Shown here piece after piece: positions 28,074 to 37,727 of a DNA stretch of 64,000 bases. The DNA comes from Candidatus Kaiserbacteria bacterium (GTDB taxonomy: Bacteria > Patescibacteriota > Minisyncoccia > Phycocordibacterales > UBA2100): positions 29,287 through 93,286 of the forward strand of contig JACPLD010000004.1 of assembly GCA_016186765.1 (NCBI GenBank), given 5' to 3'. Numbering within the stretch: position 1 is the first letter of the stretch; every line of letters starts with the position of its first letter. The notes under the pieces are model-generated. The model was not told the origin of the DNA. It saw only the letters and a program-made list of their open reading frames with translations, and made no database searches. The position numbers and the translations under genes were made by a program.

Positions 28074-28865
28074 ATGAAATACCTCAACAGCGACCTGAAG
28101 GTCCCGCTCCTCGATGCCATCGATAAATTGACCATCATCGAGCTAAAACACGAGCGCGCTGAGAACGAGGAGAACAGGAAATCTATCGAGAATGAAACCG
28201 CTTTTTGGAAGAGCGTCTTAGACGCGTACCGTAAGGACGGTGTGCCGCTCAACAACGAATGGATCACCAGTATGAAAGAGGCGAATGGGAGGCTGTGGGA
28301 CGTCGAGGAGGCCATCCGCAATGCAAAGAAGAACAAGCTCTCAAACGAGGAGGTGGGCAAACTTGCAGTTCAGCTACGCGATCTTAACGACGAGCGCGTT
28401 GCCAAGCGCGCGAAAATGGCTGAGGCACTTGGAACAGATTTCTTCGATACCGGAGAGCAAATAGCGGCCGAAACACCGTACAAATTGCCGCTGCACGAAA
28501 CTATCGACCGCCTCACCATCACTGCGCTAAAGCTAGAGCGTCTCAAAGGTAATAAGAATTATCCATCGTTCGAGCGTGAATATGCGTTCTATTCAAAAGT
28601 CGTAGACGCGTTTCGCAAAGACGGCGTCGAGGTGAAAGACAAATGGATAGCCGACATGAAAGCAGCGAATGGAAGGGTGTGGGATAGAGAATCTGCGATA
28701 CGGCAAGGTCGTGAACAAGAATTTGGGCTCGAGGAAATGGGGCGGCGCACGCTCGAGCTCAGGGATATCCAAATGCAGGAGCGCATCCCGGCGAAGAATA
28801 AAGTCGCATTCGCGATCGGCGCACCGTTCTATGAAGTAAAGACGAAAGCAAACCACGAACAATGA
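28074..28865 (+). CDS. Hypothetical all-alpha protein with internal tandem duplication (2 x ~125 aa)
   Basis: Repeat 1: LLDAIDKLTIIELKHER...WITSMKEANGRLWDVEEAIRNAKKN. Repeat 2: LHETIDRLTITALKLER...WIADMKAANGRVWDRESAIRQGRE. Confidence 0.55.
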   Translation: MKYLNSDLKVPLLDAIDKLTIIELKHERAENEENRKSIENETAFWKSVLDAYRKDGVPLNNEWITSMKEANGRLWDVEEAIRNAKKNKLSNEEVGKLAVQLRDLNDERVAKRAKMAEALGTDFFDTGEQIAAETPYKLPLHETIDRLTITALKLERLKGNKNYPSFEREYAFYSKVVDAFRKDGVEVKDKWIADMKAANGRVWDRESAIRQGREQEFGLEEMGRRTLELRDIQMQERIPAKNKVAFAIGAPFYEVKTKANHEQ

Positions 28866-29434
28866 AAGAAGAATTCACTCCCGCGGAGGAAAAAGAATTT
28901 ATTCGACTTCTCAAAAAGATTCAAGCGAATAACTATTGGGTGCCATCAGGAGTTTGGGAGGAGACGTTGCGGACGTTCCCACGCTATGCGCTCGAGCTCG
29001 TTATCGTCGACCCTGAAAAGACTCCTAGTATTCTCTTGACGAGATACACCGGCGACACGATGCCCGCGCACAAAGGACACTTCCATATTCCCGGCGGCTT
29101 CGCACTGCCGAACGAAAGCATCGAAGAAACGTGTTCCCGCATCGCGAAAGGCGAACTCGGCGTCGACGTGCGATTCCAAGGGATCCTCGGCGTTCATAAA
29201 TGGACGGCGGACGAATCACCAAACGGCGCTCTCCCACTCTCGCTCTACACCTCATGCAAGCCGCTTAATGACATCACGCTCAACGAAAACTGCCATTTCT
29301 TTACACGAGAAGAAATGCTCGCACTCGGAGCAAACGATATGATCCAAAATCATCCCCATCGTGCCTTCATCTCTCATTATCTTGCCAAAATCGAGTCAGG
29401 TACTTCGATTGTACCTATCATGCTCGAACGGTAA
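28862..29434 (+). CDS. NUDIX-like hydrolase
   Basis: Degenerate Nudix box HIPGGFALPNESIEETCSRIAKGELGV. Confidence 0.55.
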   Translation: MKEEFTPAEEKEFIRLLKKIQANNYWVPSGVWEETLRTFPRYALELVIVDPEKTPSILLTRYTGDTMPAHKGHFHIPGGFALPNESIEETCSRIAKGELGVDVRFQGILGVHKWTADESPNGALPLSLYTSCKPLNDITLNENCHFFTREEMLALGANDMIQNHPHRAFISHYLAKIESGTSIVPIMLER

Positions 29435-29447
29435 TATACGATTCACC

Positions 29448-30647
29448 ATGCAAAAAATAAAAGTGGCGATGTTCACCGATGAGCTCGATCGAGGGAGGGA
29501 GCGCTCGCCCTACTACCGCCGCGTCATCGAGGAGCTTCTCAAGGACCCTTCTATCGAGCTCACGCTCATCCACGCGAAACCGAATCCCGAGCAGCCACTC
29601 TACAAGAAAGCGCGGGAGATCATTTTTCCGCGCATTGAACTGCCGGTCGCCTCACGCTTCGTTTCCTTCATCCGCTTCTGCCTCACGACAAAGGAGCACT
29701 TCGACATCGTACATTGGTTCCACCCACGTGTGTTTCCTTTCTTCTGGCTTTTCCCTGCAAAAAAGACTGTCATCATGACACACGCGGGTGGTGATGTACT
29801 TTCGCCTACCGATATCTGGTCGTGGTCACGCTTCGTGTTCAACTACACGCTGATTCTCTTCAGCCGATACGTCGATGCATTCATCGCCGTCTCCAATTAC
29901 GGCAACCGCGAGATCATCTATGCATACCGCGTGCCACCACAGAAGGTGTTCACGATTTTCCCCGCGCTCGACCAAATGTACGACCCTCTGCCGAGCGACG
30001 CACACGTGAATGCCACGGTAAAAAAATACGGTCTCGAAAAAGGAAGATACATCCTCTTCCTCGGACGCTTCCGGCTGCACAAGCATGTTGGCCATCTCGT
30101 ACGCTCATACATCCGCTACCGGCAACTGTATCCCGATGCAAAGGAGATTTTAGCCCTCGCGGGCAGTACAAAAGACGAATACGCTCGCTCGTTCGGCGAA
30201 CTTCCCACGTCTGCCTTTACCTCGGATATCAAATTCGTCGGCTACGTTGAGACCGACGACATTCCCTCCATCTACTGCGGCGCGACGGTCGTCTCGTTCG
30301 TGACATTGAGCGAAGGCTTCGGCATGCCCATCCTCGAATCGTTTGCGTGCAAAGTACCCGTGATTACCTCAAACGTGACCGCTTCGCCGGAAGCGGCCGG
30401 AAATGCTGCCCTTATTGTCGATCCTCATGATCAGCAGGCTCTCGTTGACGCTTTCAAACTGGTGCGCAGGCCAGATGTCCGAAAGACCTTGATCGAGCGC
30501 GGATTCGCGCGAAGCCGCTTTTTTACCATCGAGATGTCGGTCGGCGGCACCAAGGACCTCTACCGCCACCTCCTCGGAGAAGATAAACACCTGCAATTCG
30601 AAGAACGTCCCCGCATGCCCATAGCGCTTCCGTACGAGATGCCGTGA
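29448..30647 (+). CDS. Glycosyltransferase family 4
   Basis: GT-B fold; C-terminal ...FLGRFRLHKHV...EGFGMPILESFACKVPVITSN. Confidence 0.75.
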   Translation: MQKIKVAMFTDELDRGRERSPYYRRVIEELLKDPSIELTLIHAKPNPEQPLYKKAREIIFPRIELPVASRFVSFIRFCLTTKEHFDIVHWFHPRVFPFFWLFPAKKTVIMTHAGGDVLSPTDIWSWSRFVFNYTLILFSRYVDAFIAVSNYGNREIIYAYRVPPQKVFTIFPALDQMYDPLPSDAHVNATVKKYGLEKGRYILFLGRFRLHKHVGHLVRSYIRYRQLYPDAKEILALAGSTKDEYARSFGELPTSAFTSDIKFVGYVETDDIPSIYCGATVVSFVTLSEGFGMPILESFACKVPVITSNVTASPEAAGNAALIVDPHDQQALVDAFKLVRRPDVRKTLIERGFARSRFFTIEMSVGGTKDLYRHLLGEDKHLQFEERPRMPIALPYEMP

Positions 30648-31274
30648 TTATTTGGTCATTCGCATGACAAAGTAGTCCGTTGGAATTCTCAGAGCATTTC
30701 GTTCAACAAACGTCTCCACGTCCGGAAAAACTTCACGAGCAAGTTTCTGATATTGGTAGTTGAAGCGCACGAATGCTCCGCGATCTCTGGAGAGAATGAA
30801 CTTCTTTATGCGTGACTGATCTTTCAGATAGACTCCGTCGACAGTAAACACGGTCCCGCCCAGTTTCAGCATCATTCGCGCAAACGAGAGCACGCCACGC
30901 ACTTCCCCATCGTTCAGGTGATGCAGTACACCGTAGAGCACGACCACGTCAAAGTTGTTTTTCGGCAGATCAAGACTCTCAATATCATTTACATCGATGA
31001 GCTCAAAACGACCCTGATTTCCGTACTTTTTTCTCGCCAGCTCGATGTAGAGCGGATTAACGTCCACACCCGTGTACCGCACATGCGAAGGCAGATACTC
31101 CAGCAACTCCCCCGAGCCGCACCCTATGTCGAGAAGTTTACAGCCTTCGGGAAACGAAACGTACGTGCGAAAAAGTCTGTCGCGAGCAGCACGTGAGCCG
31201 ACAAGCCACTGATAGAGATCATATACGGAAGGAAACTTCAAGACGCTGCGTATTCCCACGTTGCCCTCGCTCAT
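30648..31274 (-). CDS. Class I SAM-dependent methyltransferase
   Basis: LLDIGCGSGELL motif I; VVVLYGVLHHLND. Start at MSEGN, overlapping the upstream stop. Confidence 0.7.
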   Translation of the reverse strand: MSEGNVGIRSVLKFPSVYDLYQWLVGSRAARDRLFRTYVSFPEGCKLLDIGCGSGELLEYLPSHVRYTGVDVNPLYIELARKKYGNQGRFELIDVNDIESLDLPKNNFDVVVLYGVLHHLNDGEVRGVLSFARMMLKLGGTVFTVDGVYLKDQSRIKKFILSRDRGAFVRFNYQYQKLAREVFPDVETFVERNALRIPTDYFVMRMTK

Positions 31275-32419
31275 GCAAAAATACCCTTGATCGCATCGAT
31301 AACGTCTCGCACATCGTCGTCCGTGAGCTTGGCAGAAAGCGGGATGGAAGCAGTACGCGCGCCTATCCATTCAGTATTCGGAAGATCGCCCTCTTTGTGC
31401 TCGAGCGCTCTGCGGTAGTACTGCCGCAGATGTAGCGGCCGGAAGTGCACGCCTGTGCCAATGTTGCGCTTCGTCATTTCATTCAAAAACTCATCGCGGG
31501 TTACGTTTGTTTTATCCGTATCAATCAACACCGTATAGAGATGATATGCATGCCGATCTCCTTTTTCTACCGGAGCCGGAAGAATAAGCGGCAAGCCTTG
31601 TAGTTCGTCGTTGTACTGCTGCCATATTGCTGCGCGTCTTTGCCAGCTCTTCTCGATGCGCGCGAGCTGATGGATGCCGAGCGATGCCTGAATGTCGGTC
31701 ATGTTGTACTTGTACCCCGCCTCGACTACATCGTAGTGTTTGTATCCTTCGCTTCCGTAGCGCTTCCATGCGTCCGCACTCATCCCGTGAAGCGAGAGGA
31801 TGCGAATACGCTCTGCATACGCTTCATTGTTCGTCACCACCATACCGCCCTCAGCCGTCACGAGGTTCTTTGTCGTATAAAAACTGTAGCACCCCAGATC
31901 ACCGATCGTTCCCACCTTCCTTCCCTTATATTCGGTTTCCACCGCGTGCGCCGCGTCTTCTATGACCGCGAGATGGTGCTCTTTTGCGATGGCCATCAGC
32001 TCGCCCATGTTTGCCGACCGTCCAGCCATGTGCACGACGATGATGGCTTTGGTCTTATCCGTAATTCGCCGCCGTACGTCTTCCGGATCGATGTTTTGCG
32101 TCGCCCTTTCACAGTCGGCAAATACAACCTTCGCACCGCAGTGAACAACGACATTTGCTGTCGAAGCAAACGTGATACTCGGCACAATGACCTCATCGCC
32201 CGGCCCCACACCTGCAGTGATGAGGGAGAGATGCAGCGCAGCCGTGCATGAGTTTACGGCAACGGCGTGTTGAGCTCTGACATATTGTTTGAATTCTTCT
32301 TCGAACCTGTGGGTCTTTGGCCCTGTACCGATCCAGCCGCTTTTTAACGTCGCGACGACTTCGTCTATTTCTTCCTGCCCGATGAGCGGAGAGCCGAAAA
32401 TGAGAAAATCCTTCCGCAT
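31271..32419 (-). CDS. DegT/DnrJ/EryC1/StrS aminotransferase (ArnB/perosamine synthetase-like)
   Basis: FGSPLIGQEE, SCTAALHL, SFYTTKNLVTAEGG (PLP-lysine region). Confidence 0.8.
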   Translation of the reverse strand: MRKDFLIFGSPLIGQEEIDEVVATLKSGWIGTGPKTHRFEEEFKQYVRAQHAVAVNSCTAALHLSLITAGVGPGDEVIVPSITFASTANVVVHCGAKVVFADCERATQNIDPEDVRRRITDKTKAIIVVHMAGRSANMGELMAIAKEHHLAVIEDAAHAVETEYKGRKVGTIGDLGCYSFYTTKNLVTAEGGMVVTNNEAYAERIRILSLHGMSADAWKRYGSEGYKHYDVVEAGYKYNMTDIQASLGIHQLARIEKSWQRRAAIWQQYNDELQGLPLILPAPVEKGDRHAYHLYTVLIDTDKTNVTRDEFLNEMTKRNIGTGVHFRPLHLRQYYRRALEHKEGDLPNTEWIGARTASIPLSAKLTDDDVRDVIDAIKGIFA

Positions 32420-32498
32420 TCGCTAACTATAGTGGTGATTCGAGACCCGAACAAGAGAATGACGCTCCAAAAAGAGACTGCTACAATACCTCGTACCT

Positions 32499-33926
32499 AT
32501 GGTGATCCGTGTTCTCCCCGGTCCGCTTTCCGACATGCAGATCGCTCGGCTCATCGCGAGTACCTGCATACTTCTCTATCTCGCCGTGTTCGCTGTTCTC
32601 TTCTCGCTTGGATCTGCACAAGGAACAGGCTTTCAGGCGATGATAGGCCTCGATGGCCCCGAGACATCCGATGTGACCGAATATGTGCACCTCGCCGAAA
32701 GTATGCTTACTGTCGGCAGATTTGAAATTTCGCCATCGATCGGACCGGAGTATTTGCGCGTGCCGGGATATCCCGCCTTCCTCGCGCTCATACTTGCAGT
32801 TTTTGGAACGCTGACCGTCGTCCCCTTCATCCAAATTATCTTCACTGCGGGCACTGCTGCTCTCATCTACCTCGTCGGCGTGCGGTATTTCCCACGACCA
32901 ATTCCGATTGCGGCCGCAGCCGTGTACGCGGCAAATCCCGTCGTTGTGTATTCGACGTGGGTGCCGATTTCAGAACCGCTCTTCATGCTTACCCTCATGG
33001 GAAGCACTTACATGCTCGGCTTGCCGATGAGACGAGCGTGGATGCCCTACGTGATTGCAGGAATTCTCTTCGGCATTTCCGTGTACATGCGGCCTGTTGG
33101 GCTCTACCTCGCGCCTCTCATTGCCTGCCTTGTCTTTGCAAATGCCGTGTCGTGGAAAGCCGCCGCACGCGGCGCTCTCATCTTTCTGATCGTTGCAGCG
33201 GCAACCGTTATTCCGTGGATGGCCCGCAACTACGCGCTCTCCGGACACTTCGCCTTCTCTTCCTCGAGCGCGTTCAACCTTTACTTTGCGAATATGCCTA
33301 TCTTCGAACAAGCCCGCACCGGCGTTTCGTACGAGCAGATTCAGCGCGAAAATAACGAAAAATATTTTGGTACGCAGGAGGAGGACATTCTGCGTTCTTT
33401 CAAGTACGCCGGAGAGCAGTTGGCGATCGCGCGAGAGGTCATCCTTGCACACCCTATAGAATACGCAGCCTTCCATACTGCCAAATCAATGCAGCTGTTC
33501 ATCGGCTCGAGCATCGTCAATTTCAAATATCACATGCGTAAACTCGGCGTGTTGCCGGGAGAACAAATACATGGCGAGGGCGCGTGGGGAATGATCCTCC
33601 AGGGCCGATGGGGTGATGCCTTCGTCCAGACATTCACAAACGTACCGCGTCTCATCGAGCGGCTCTTATGGCTTCTCCTCTACGCAGGCATGCTCTATAC
33701 GACGTTCCGAGCGCTCAAGTATCGAGACGCTTCGAGCATATGGATCGTCTGCGCATTCCTTTTCATCCACGCCGTCGCGTTCATGACAGGCCCTTCGAGC
33801 GATACGACACGCTACCGTATGCCGCTCGAGCCGTTTCTGCTTCTACTCGGCATGTACGGCATATACATGGCTGTCACCCAGCTGTGGAAGCGTTTTCGGC
33901 CTCCCGCAACCATAAAACTTCCCTAG
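32499..33926 (+). CDS. GT-C fold membrane glycosyltransferase (ArnT/PMT, GT39/GT83-like)
   Basis: More than 10 predicted TM helices; an early loop with an acidic motif; C-terminal soluble region. Confidence 0.65.
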   Translation: MVIRVLPGPLSDMQIARLIASTCILLYLAVFAVLFSLGSAQGTGFQAMIGLDGPETSDVTEYVHLAESMLTVGRFEISPSIGPEYLRVPGYPAFLALILAVFGTLTVVPFIQIIFTAGTAALIYLVGVRYFPRPIPIAAAAVYAANPVVVYSTWVPISEPLFMLTLMGSTYMLGLPMRRAWMPYVIAGILFGISVYMRPVGLYLAPLIACLVFANAVSWKAAARGALIFLIVAAATVIPWMARNYALSGHFAFSSSSAFNLYFANMPIFEQARTGVSYEQIQRENNEKYFGTQEEDILRSFKYAGEQLAIAREVILAHPIEYAAFHTAKSMQLFIGSSIVNFKYHMRKLGVLPGEQIHGEGAWGMILQGRWGDAFVQTFTNVPRLIERLLWLLLYAGMLYTTFRALKYRDASSIWIVCAFLFIHAVAFMTGPSSDTTRYRMPLEPFLLLLGMYGIYMAVTQLWKRFRPPATIKLP

Positions 33927-34111
33927 AACCCATCTCAAAAATAATGGCGTAACGAGGCCGCTTCCGCGTGAGCGAGGCGCCGCGGCGCAGGGCGAAGCGT
34001 GTCTGCGACACGATGAGACCGAGCCGTTCGATGCCGCAGCCGCGCGGAAGCGGCCGCAGTAGCCAAGCAGATTTGTCCTTCATCCATGCGTTTATTTTTG
34101 AGATGGGTTCT
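33925..34111. repeat. Approximately 187-bp nested palindrome between convergent GT-C genes: 20-bp perfect terminal inverted repeats overlapping both stop codons
   Basis: AGAACCCATCTCAAAAATAA (33925-33944) vs TTATTTTTGAGATGGGTTCT (34092-34111). Inner IR GGCCGCTTCCGCG / CGCGGAAGCGGCC. Central hairpin CGTGTC-tgc-GACACG (33997-34011). Confidence 0.6.
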
Positions 34112-35771
34112 AATCAATAGCGAGTCGATAGATCACAATATCGGGTCCCAGCCGCTTATCGGCAAAAATGGCAGGTAAAGGCTCCAGAAAGGCACTTTCC
34201 CATATCGATGTCGCCGTCCCAAAACCGGAGAAATGTGCCACAACAGTCGCATCGTGCGTGAGAGTCGCAAAAACTTCCGCTGTTTCCGGGCTACCCTTGA
34301 GTGAGCGTGGCTCAACGATCGCGTAGGTGTAGCCTTTCTCGCGGGCATACGCAGGGAGGTTCTGCATGAACGGCGTTTCAATGAGAGACGTGAGGTTGTT
34401 GAGCGCATAGGGAACGTCCTGTCGCTGCAAGCGCTCGTCCGCCTCATCAACCTTGCGCAGCGCGCTCGGATCAATGGAGCGCAATTCGGAAACAGCTGCA
34501 GCCTGCGTCGGGATGTGCAGCGCGGAGGAATATACAAGTATGTGATCGCTCGAACCGAGCTGCTCGAGCACCCATTCTCTCGCATGTTCGCGAGTGTCGC
34601 TCTGGAAGGCGAGATACGCGATACGAGCCGACGCTGCAAGCGGAATCAAGAGAACGATGCAGATGAGAAGCGCGGTCCTGCGATTCCACAATCTAGAAAG
34701 TACATATCCGCCGGAAAGTGCGTAGAGCGGGACGAGTGGGAGCAAGAAGCGTGCGTCGAGTCTGAAGAGTACGTAGAACGTGGCGACGTAGACGAGGAAA
34801 AATCCTAGCACGAAGAAAAATACTGTCCGTTCGCGAACAAAAAACAGTGCGACGCCCCACAAAGAGAGTGCCGTAAAGATTGGCTCCGAAAAGATCGTCA
34901 ACGAGAGTGCTTGTAGCGGACTGGACAGCAGGCCGACGAACGATTTCCCAGCATAGAGCGTAGTCGCCCCGAGAAATGCATTGCCCCCCTGCCACAGGAG
35001 CGCCGGTATGAGCGCAAGAACCACGAATACAAGGATATTCATACTCATTCGAGGTGCGTCGCGAAGGATTTGCCCGGAATTTCTTGCGTCAAAGCACAGG
35101 TAGTACAACCCTATGAGGGGTAATGCGAGAGCCGAAATCGAGGAAACTCCCATACCGAGACCGACGACAACGAATGCATAGAGGTATCGGCGCTCTTTTG
35201 TAATGGGGCGAGTGAGAATGAAAAGTACGAGTAAGAACAGGAACGAGATGGGAAGCCAATTTCGGCCCACCATCGAAAGCGCTTGATGCAACACGCTCGT
35301 TGCAAGGAGAAAGCCCGCCGCAGCCGCGGCAATCTTCGAGCGAAAGAGTGCCTCACCAACGCGGTAGACAAGGTAGACAGAAACGGTGCCCAGAAGCACA
35401 TGAACGAGTCGCGCGGTGATAAAAAACGCCGAAAGATTGGAGACAAGATAGGGAGTAAACAGATCGGCTGCTCCATTCCACAAGAGCATTTTCACGCCGA
35501 TAATGACAGCAAACGGCAGCAACAGGACGTACGAAAGGTAGGGCGGATATGGCAGGATATTTGCGAACGCTTCCGGATTGAGAGCCGGTATGAGCGTCTT
35601 GGTATCGAGCATCTGAAGCGCTGCAAAGGTAAACGGATATTCGTCGTTCACGACCGTAAGCGGCAAACCATAACCAACACCAAAGACTCTAAGGAAAAAT
35701 GCGAGCGCGAGAAGCGCGAGAAGCACCGGCTCTTCGCGAATCCAATCCCTAATTCTTTGTGCGATTCGCAT
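34110..35771 (-). CDS. GT-C fold membrane glycosyltransferase (ArnT/PMT-like) with C-terminal extracytoplasmic domain
   Basis: Multiple TM helices in the N-terminal 400 aa (LPLTVVNDEYPF...); C-terminal ~150-aa soluble domain. Confidence 0.65.
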   Translation of the reverse strand: MRIAQRIRDWIREEPVLLALLALAFFLRVFGVGYGLPLTVVNDEYPFTFAALQMLDTKTLIPALNPEAFANILPYPPYLSYVLLLPFAVIIGVKMLLWNGAADLFTPYLVSNLSAFFITARLVHVLLGTVSVYLVYRVGEALFRSKIAAAAAGFLLATSVLHQALSMVGRNWLPISFLFLLVLFILTRPITKERRYLYAFVVVGLGMGVSSISALALPLIGLYYLCFDARNSGQILRDAPRMSMNILVFVVLALIPALLWQGGNAFLGATTLYAGKSFVGLLSSPLQALSLTIFSEPIFTALSLWGVALFFVRERTVFFFVLGFFLVYVATFYVLFRLDARFLLPLVPLYALSGGYVLSRLWNRRTALLICIVLLIPLAASARIAYLAFQSDTREHAREWVLEQLGSSDHILVYSSALHIPTQAAAVSELRSIDPSALRKVDEADERLQRQDVPYALNNLTSLIETPFMQNLPAYAREKGYTYAIVEPRSLKGSPETAEVFATLTHDATVVAHFSGFGTATSIWESAFLEPLPAIFADKRLGPDIVIYRLAID

Positions 35772-36858
35772 AGAGTTCGAGCAAGAGCTTTTCGAATACG
35801 CGCATATATTCCGAGAGCGAATACTTCTCTACCCTATTCTTCGCAGCTTCGCCGAAGCGCACGGCAAGAGCCCGATCAGAAAGCAGTTTGTCGATCGCCC
35901 CTGCAAGCTTATGTGGATCGCGCGGCGGCACACAGAGTCCTGTCTTACCGTTCTCGATGAAAACAGGAACATCGCCTACCGCGGTTGCAACGATCGCTTT
36001 CCCCTCGCCCATTGCCTCCATTATCGCAATCGGCAGATCCGTGGACACCGAAGGATCGACGTACACATCCGCAAGAGGCAGGACATCCTGAATGTCGAGA
36101 CGCCCAGGCAGAAAAATGCTGCGCGCTATGCCGAGCTCACGCGCCTGCGAGAGGAGCGGATCCTTCAGCGGCCCCCAACCAACGAGTAAAAAGACAGCAT
36201 CGGGATATTTCGTAAGAACGCTTTTTGCCGCTTCGATGAGACATGTATGCCCCTTATCGCTCACCAGCCGGCTTACCGTGAGAACAACGCGTGCTTTTTC
36301 GGGTATGCCGAGCTCGGAGCGCACGGTGCGTATATCTCTCGGTTTCCCTTCCAAAAGCGGAGGAATGTACATCGTCCTGAACTTCTCAAGCGGAATACGT
36401 TCCTGCGAAGCAGTAAAGCGGCTCGCCGCCTTGGAATCTGTAATGATGACCTGCGTCCACCTAGCGAGAAACCGATCCATGAATATCTGCCAGCGGCGCT
36501 TCTCGGGATAGATATTGTGCTCGTAGCTCACAATGACCGGCACACGTGCAAGTATTGCGGCGATGCGTACGAGGAGATTCGCGGAGAAGAGATGTGTCAC
36601 CACGACGTCGAATCGTTCTCGCTTGAGGTATGCGACAAGGGTGGGCAAGCGGATAATATCGAGCGTCGAACGAAAGCCGAAGCAGCGATCTATCTCGACG
36701 CTTGCGGCGAGCGAATCTTCTTGTTCAGTAAAAAGTGTGACGAGTGTAGGAACAAAACGCTCGCGATTGAGCGTTCGCATTTGCTGTACGAGGAGCTTTT
36801 CGGCTCCGCCGACGCTCATCCTCGGTACTGCAAAGAGGATCTTCACCCTCTCGCTCAT
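35749..36858 (-). CDS. Glycosyltransferase family 4
   Basis: VKILFAVPRMSVGGAEK; EAMGEGKAIVAT (GT4 EX7E region). Confidence 0.8.
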   Translation of the reverse strand: MSERVKILFAVPRMSVGGAEKLLVQQMRTLNRERFVPTLVTLFTEQEDSLAASVEIDRCFGFRSTLDIIRLPTLVAYLKRERFDVVVTHLFSANLLVRIAAILARVPVIVSYEHNIYPEKRRWQIFMDRFLARWTQVIITDSKAASRFTASQERIPLEKFRTMYIPPLLEGKPRDIRTVRSELGIPEKARVVLTVSRLVSDKGHTCLIEAAKSVLTKYPDAVFLLVGWGPLKDPLLSQARELGIARSIFLPGRLDIQDVLPLADVYVDPSVSTDLPIAIMEAMGEGKAIVATAVGDVPVFIENGKTGLCVPPRDPHKLAGAIDKLLSDRALAVRFGEAAKNRVEKYSLSEYMRVFEKLLLELYANRTKN

Positions 36859-37727
36859 ATGTACGGCTCATCAATGATGCGCACGAGGTATGAGCCATAC
36901 CCGCTCTTCATAAGCGGCAGAGCTATCTTTTTTAGCTGATCTTTCGTGATATATCCCATTCTATAGGCAACCTCCTCGATGCTTCCGATGAGGAACCCCT
37001 GCCGATTCTCAATGACGCGGACGAACTCCGCTGCCTCCATGAGCGAGGCGAACGTGCCGGTATCAAGCCACACGGTTCCACGATCAAGCTCGAGCACGGT
37101 AAGGCGACCTCCCTTGAGGTACTCTTGGAGAACACCCGTGATCTCGTATTCTCCGCGCCCGCTCCGCTTCGCTTTTTTAGCAACGCCTACAACGGAATTA
37201 TCAAAAAAGTAGAGGCCTGGAACAGCGTAGTTCGATTTCGGTTTTGCGGGCTTCTCCTCAATCGATACTGCTTTGCCATATTTGTCGAATTCGATGACGC
37301 CATACCCCGTCGTGTCGGAGACGTGGTGCGCGAATATGATGCCCCCCTTCGGTTTCCGACACTTTTCAAAAAGTTTTCGCAATCCCGAGCTATAGAAGAA
37401 ATTGTCGCCGAGAATAAGAGCTACGCCGTCCTTGCCGATGTGCTTTTCCCCGATGACGAACGCTTGCGCTAAGCCTTCGGGCTTCTCCTGCACGGCAAAA
37501 GTGAACGAGCAGCCGAGCTTTGAGCCGTCTCCTAAGAGCCGCTCGAAGCTGCTTTTCTCATGCGGTGTGGTGATGATGAGAATGTCGCGGATGCCCGCGA
37601 GCATCAGCGTCGAGAGCGGATAGTAGATCATCGGCTTGTTGTAGAGCGGAATGAGCTGTTTGCTCGTGCCCTGCGTCAGGGGATAGAGTCGCGTGCCGCT
37701 CCCTCCAGCAAGAATGACGCCCTTCAT
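36855..37727 (-). CDS. rmlA: Glucose-1-phosphate thymidylyltransferase
   Basis: MKGVILAGGSGTRLYPLT, LGDNFFY. Confidence 0.85.
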   Translation of the reverse strand: MKGVILAGGSGTRLYPLTQGTSKQLIPLYNKPMIYYPLSTLMLAGIRDILIITTPHEKSSFERLLGDGSKLGCSFTFAVQEKPEGLAQAFVIGEKHIGKDGVALILGDNFFYSSGLRKLFEKCRKPKGGIIFAHHVSDTTGYGVIEFDKYGKAVSIEEKPAKPKSNYAVPGLYFFDNSVVGVAKKAKRSGRGEYEITGVLQEYLKGGRLTVLELDRGTVWLDTGTFASLMEAAEFVRVIENRQGFLIGSIEEVAYRMGYITKDQLKKIALPLMKSGYGSYLVRIIDEPYI

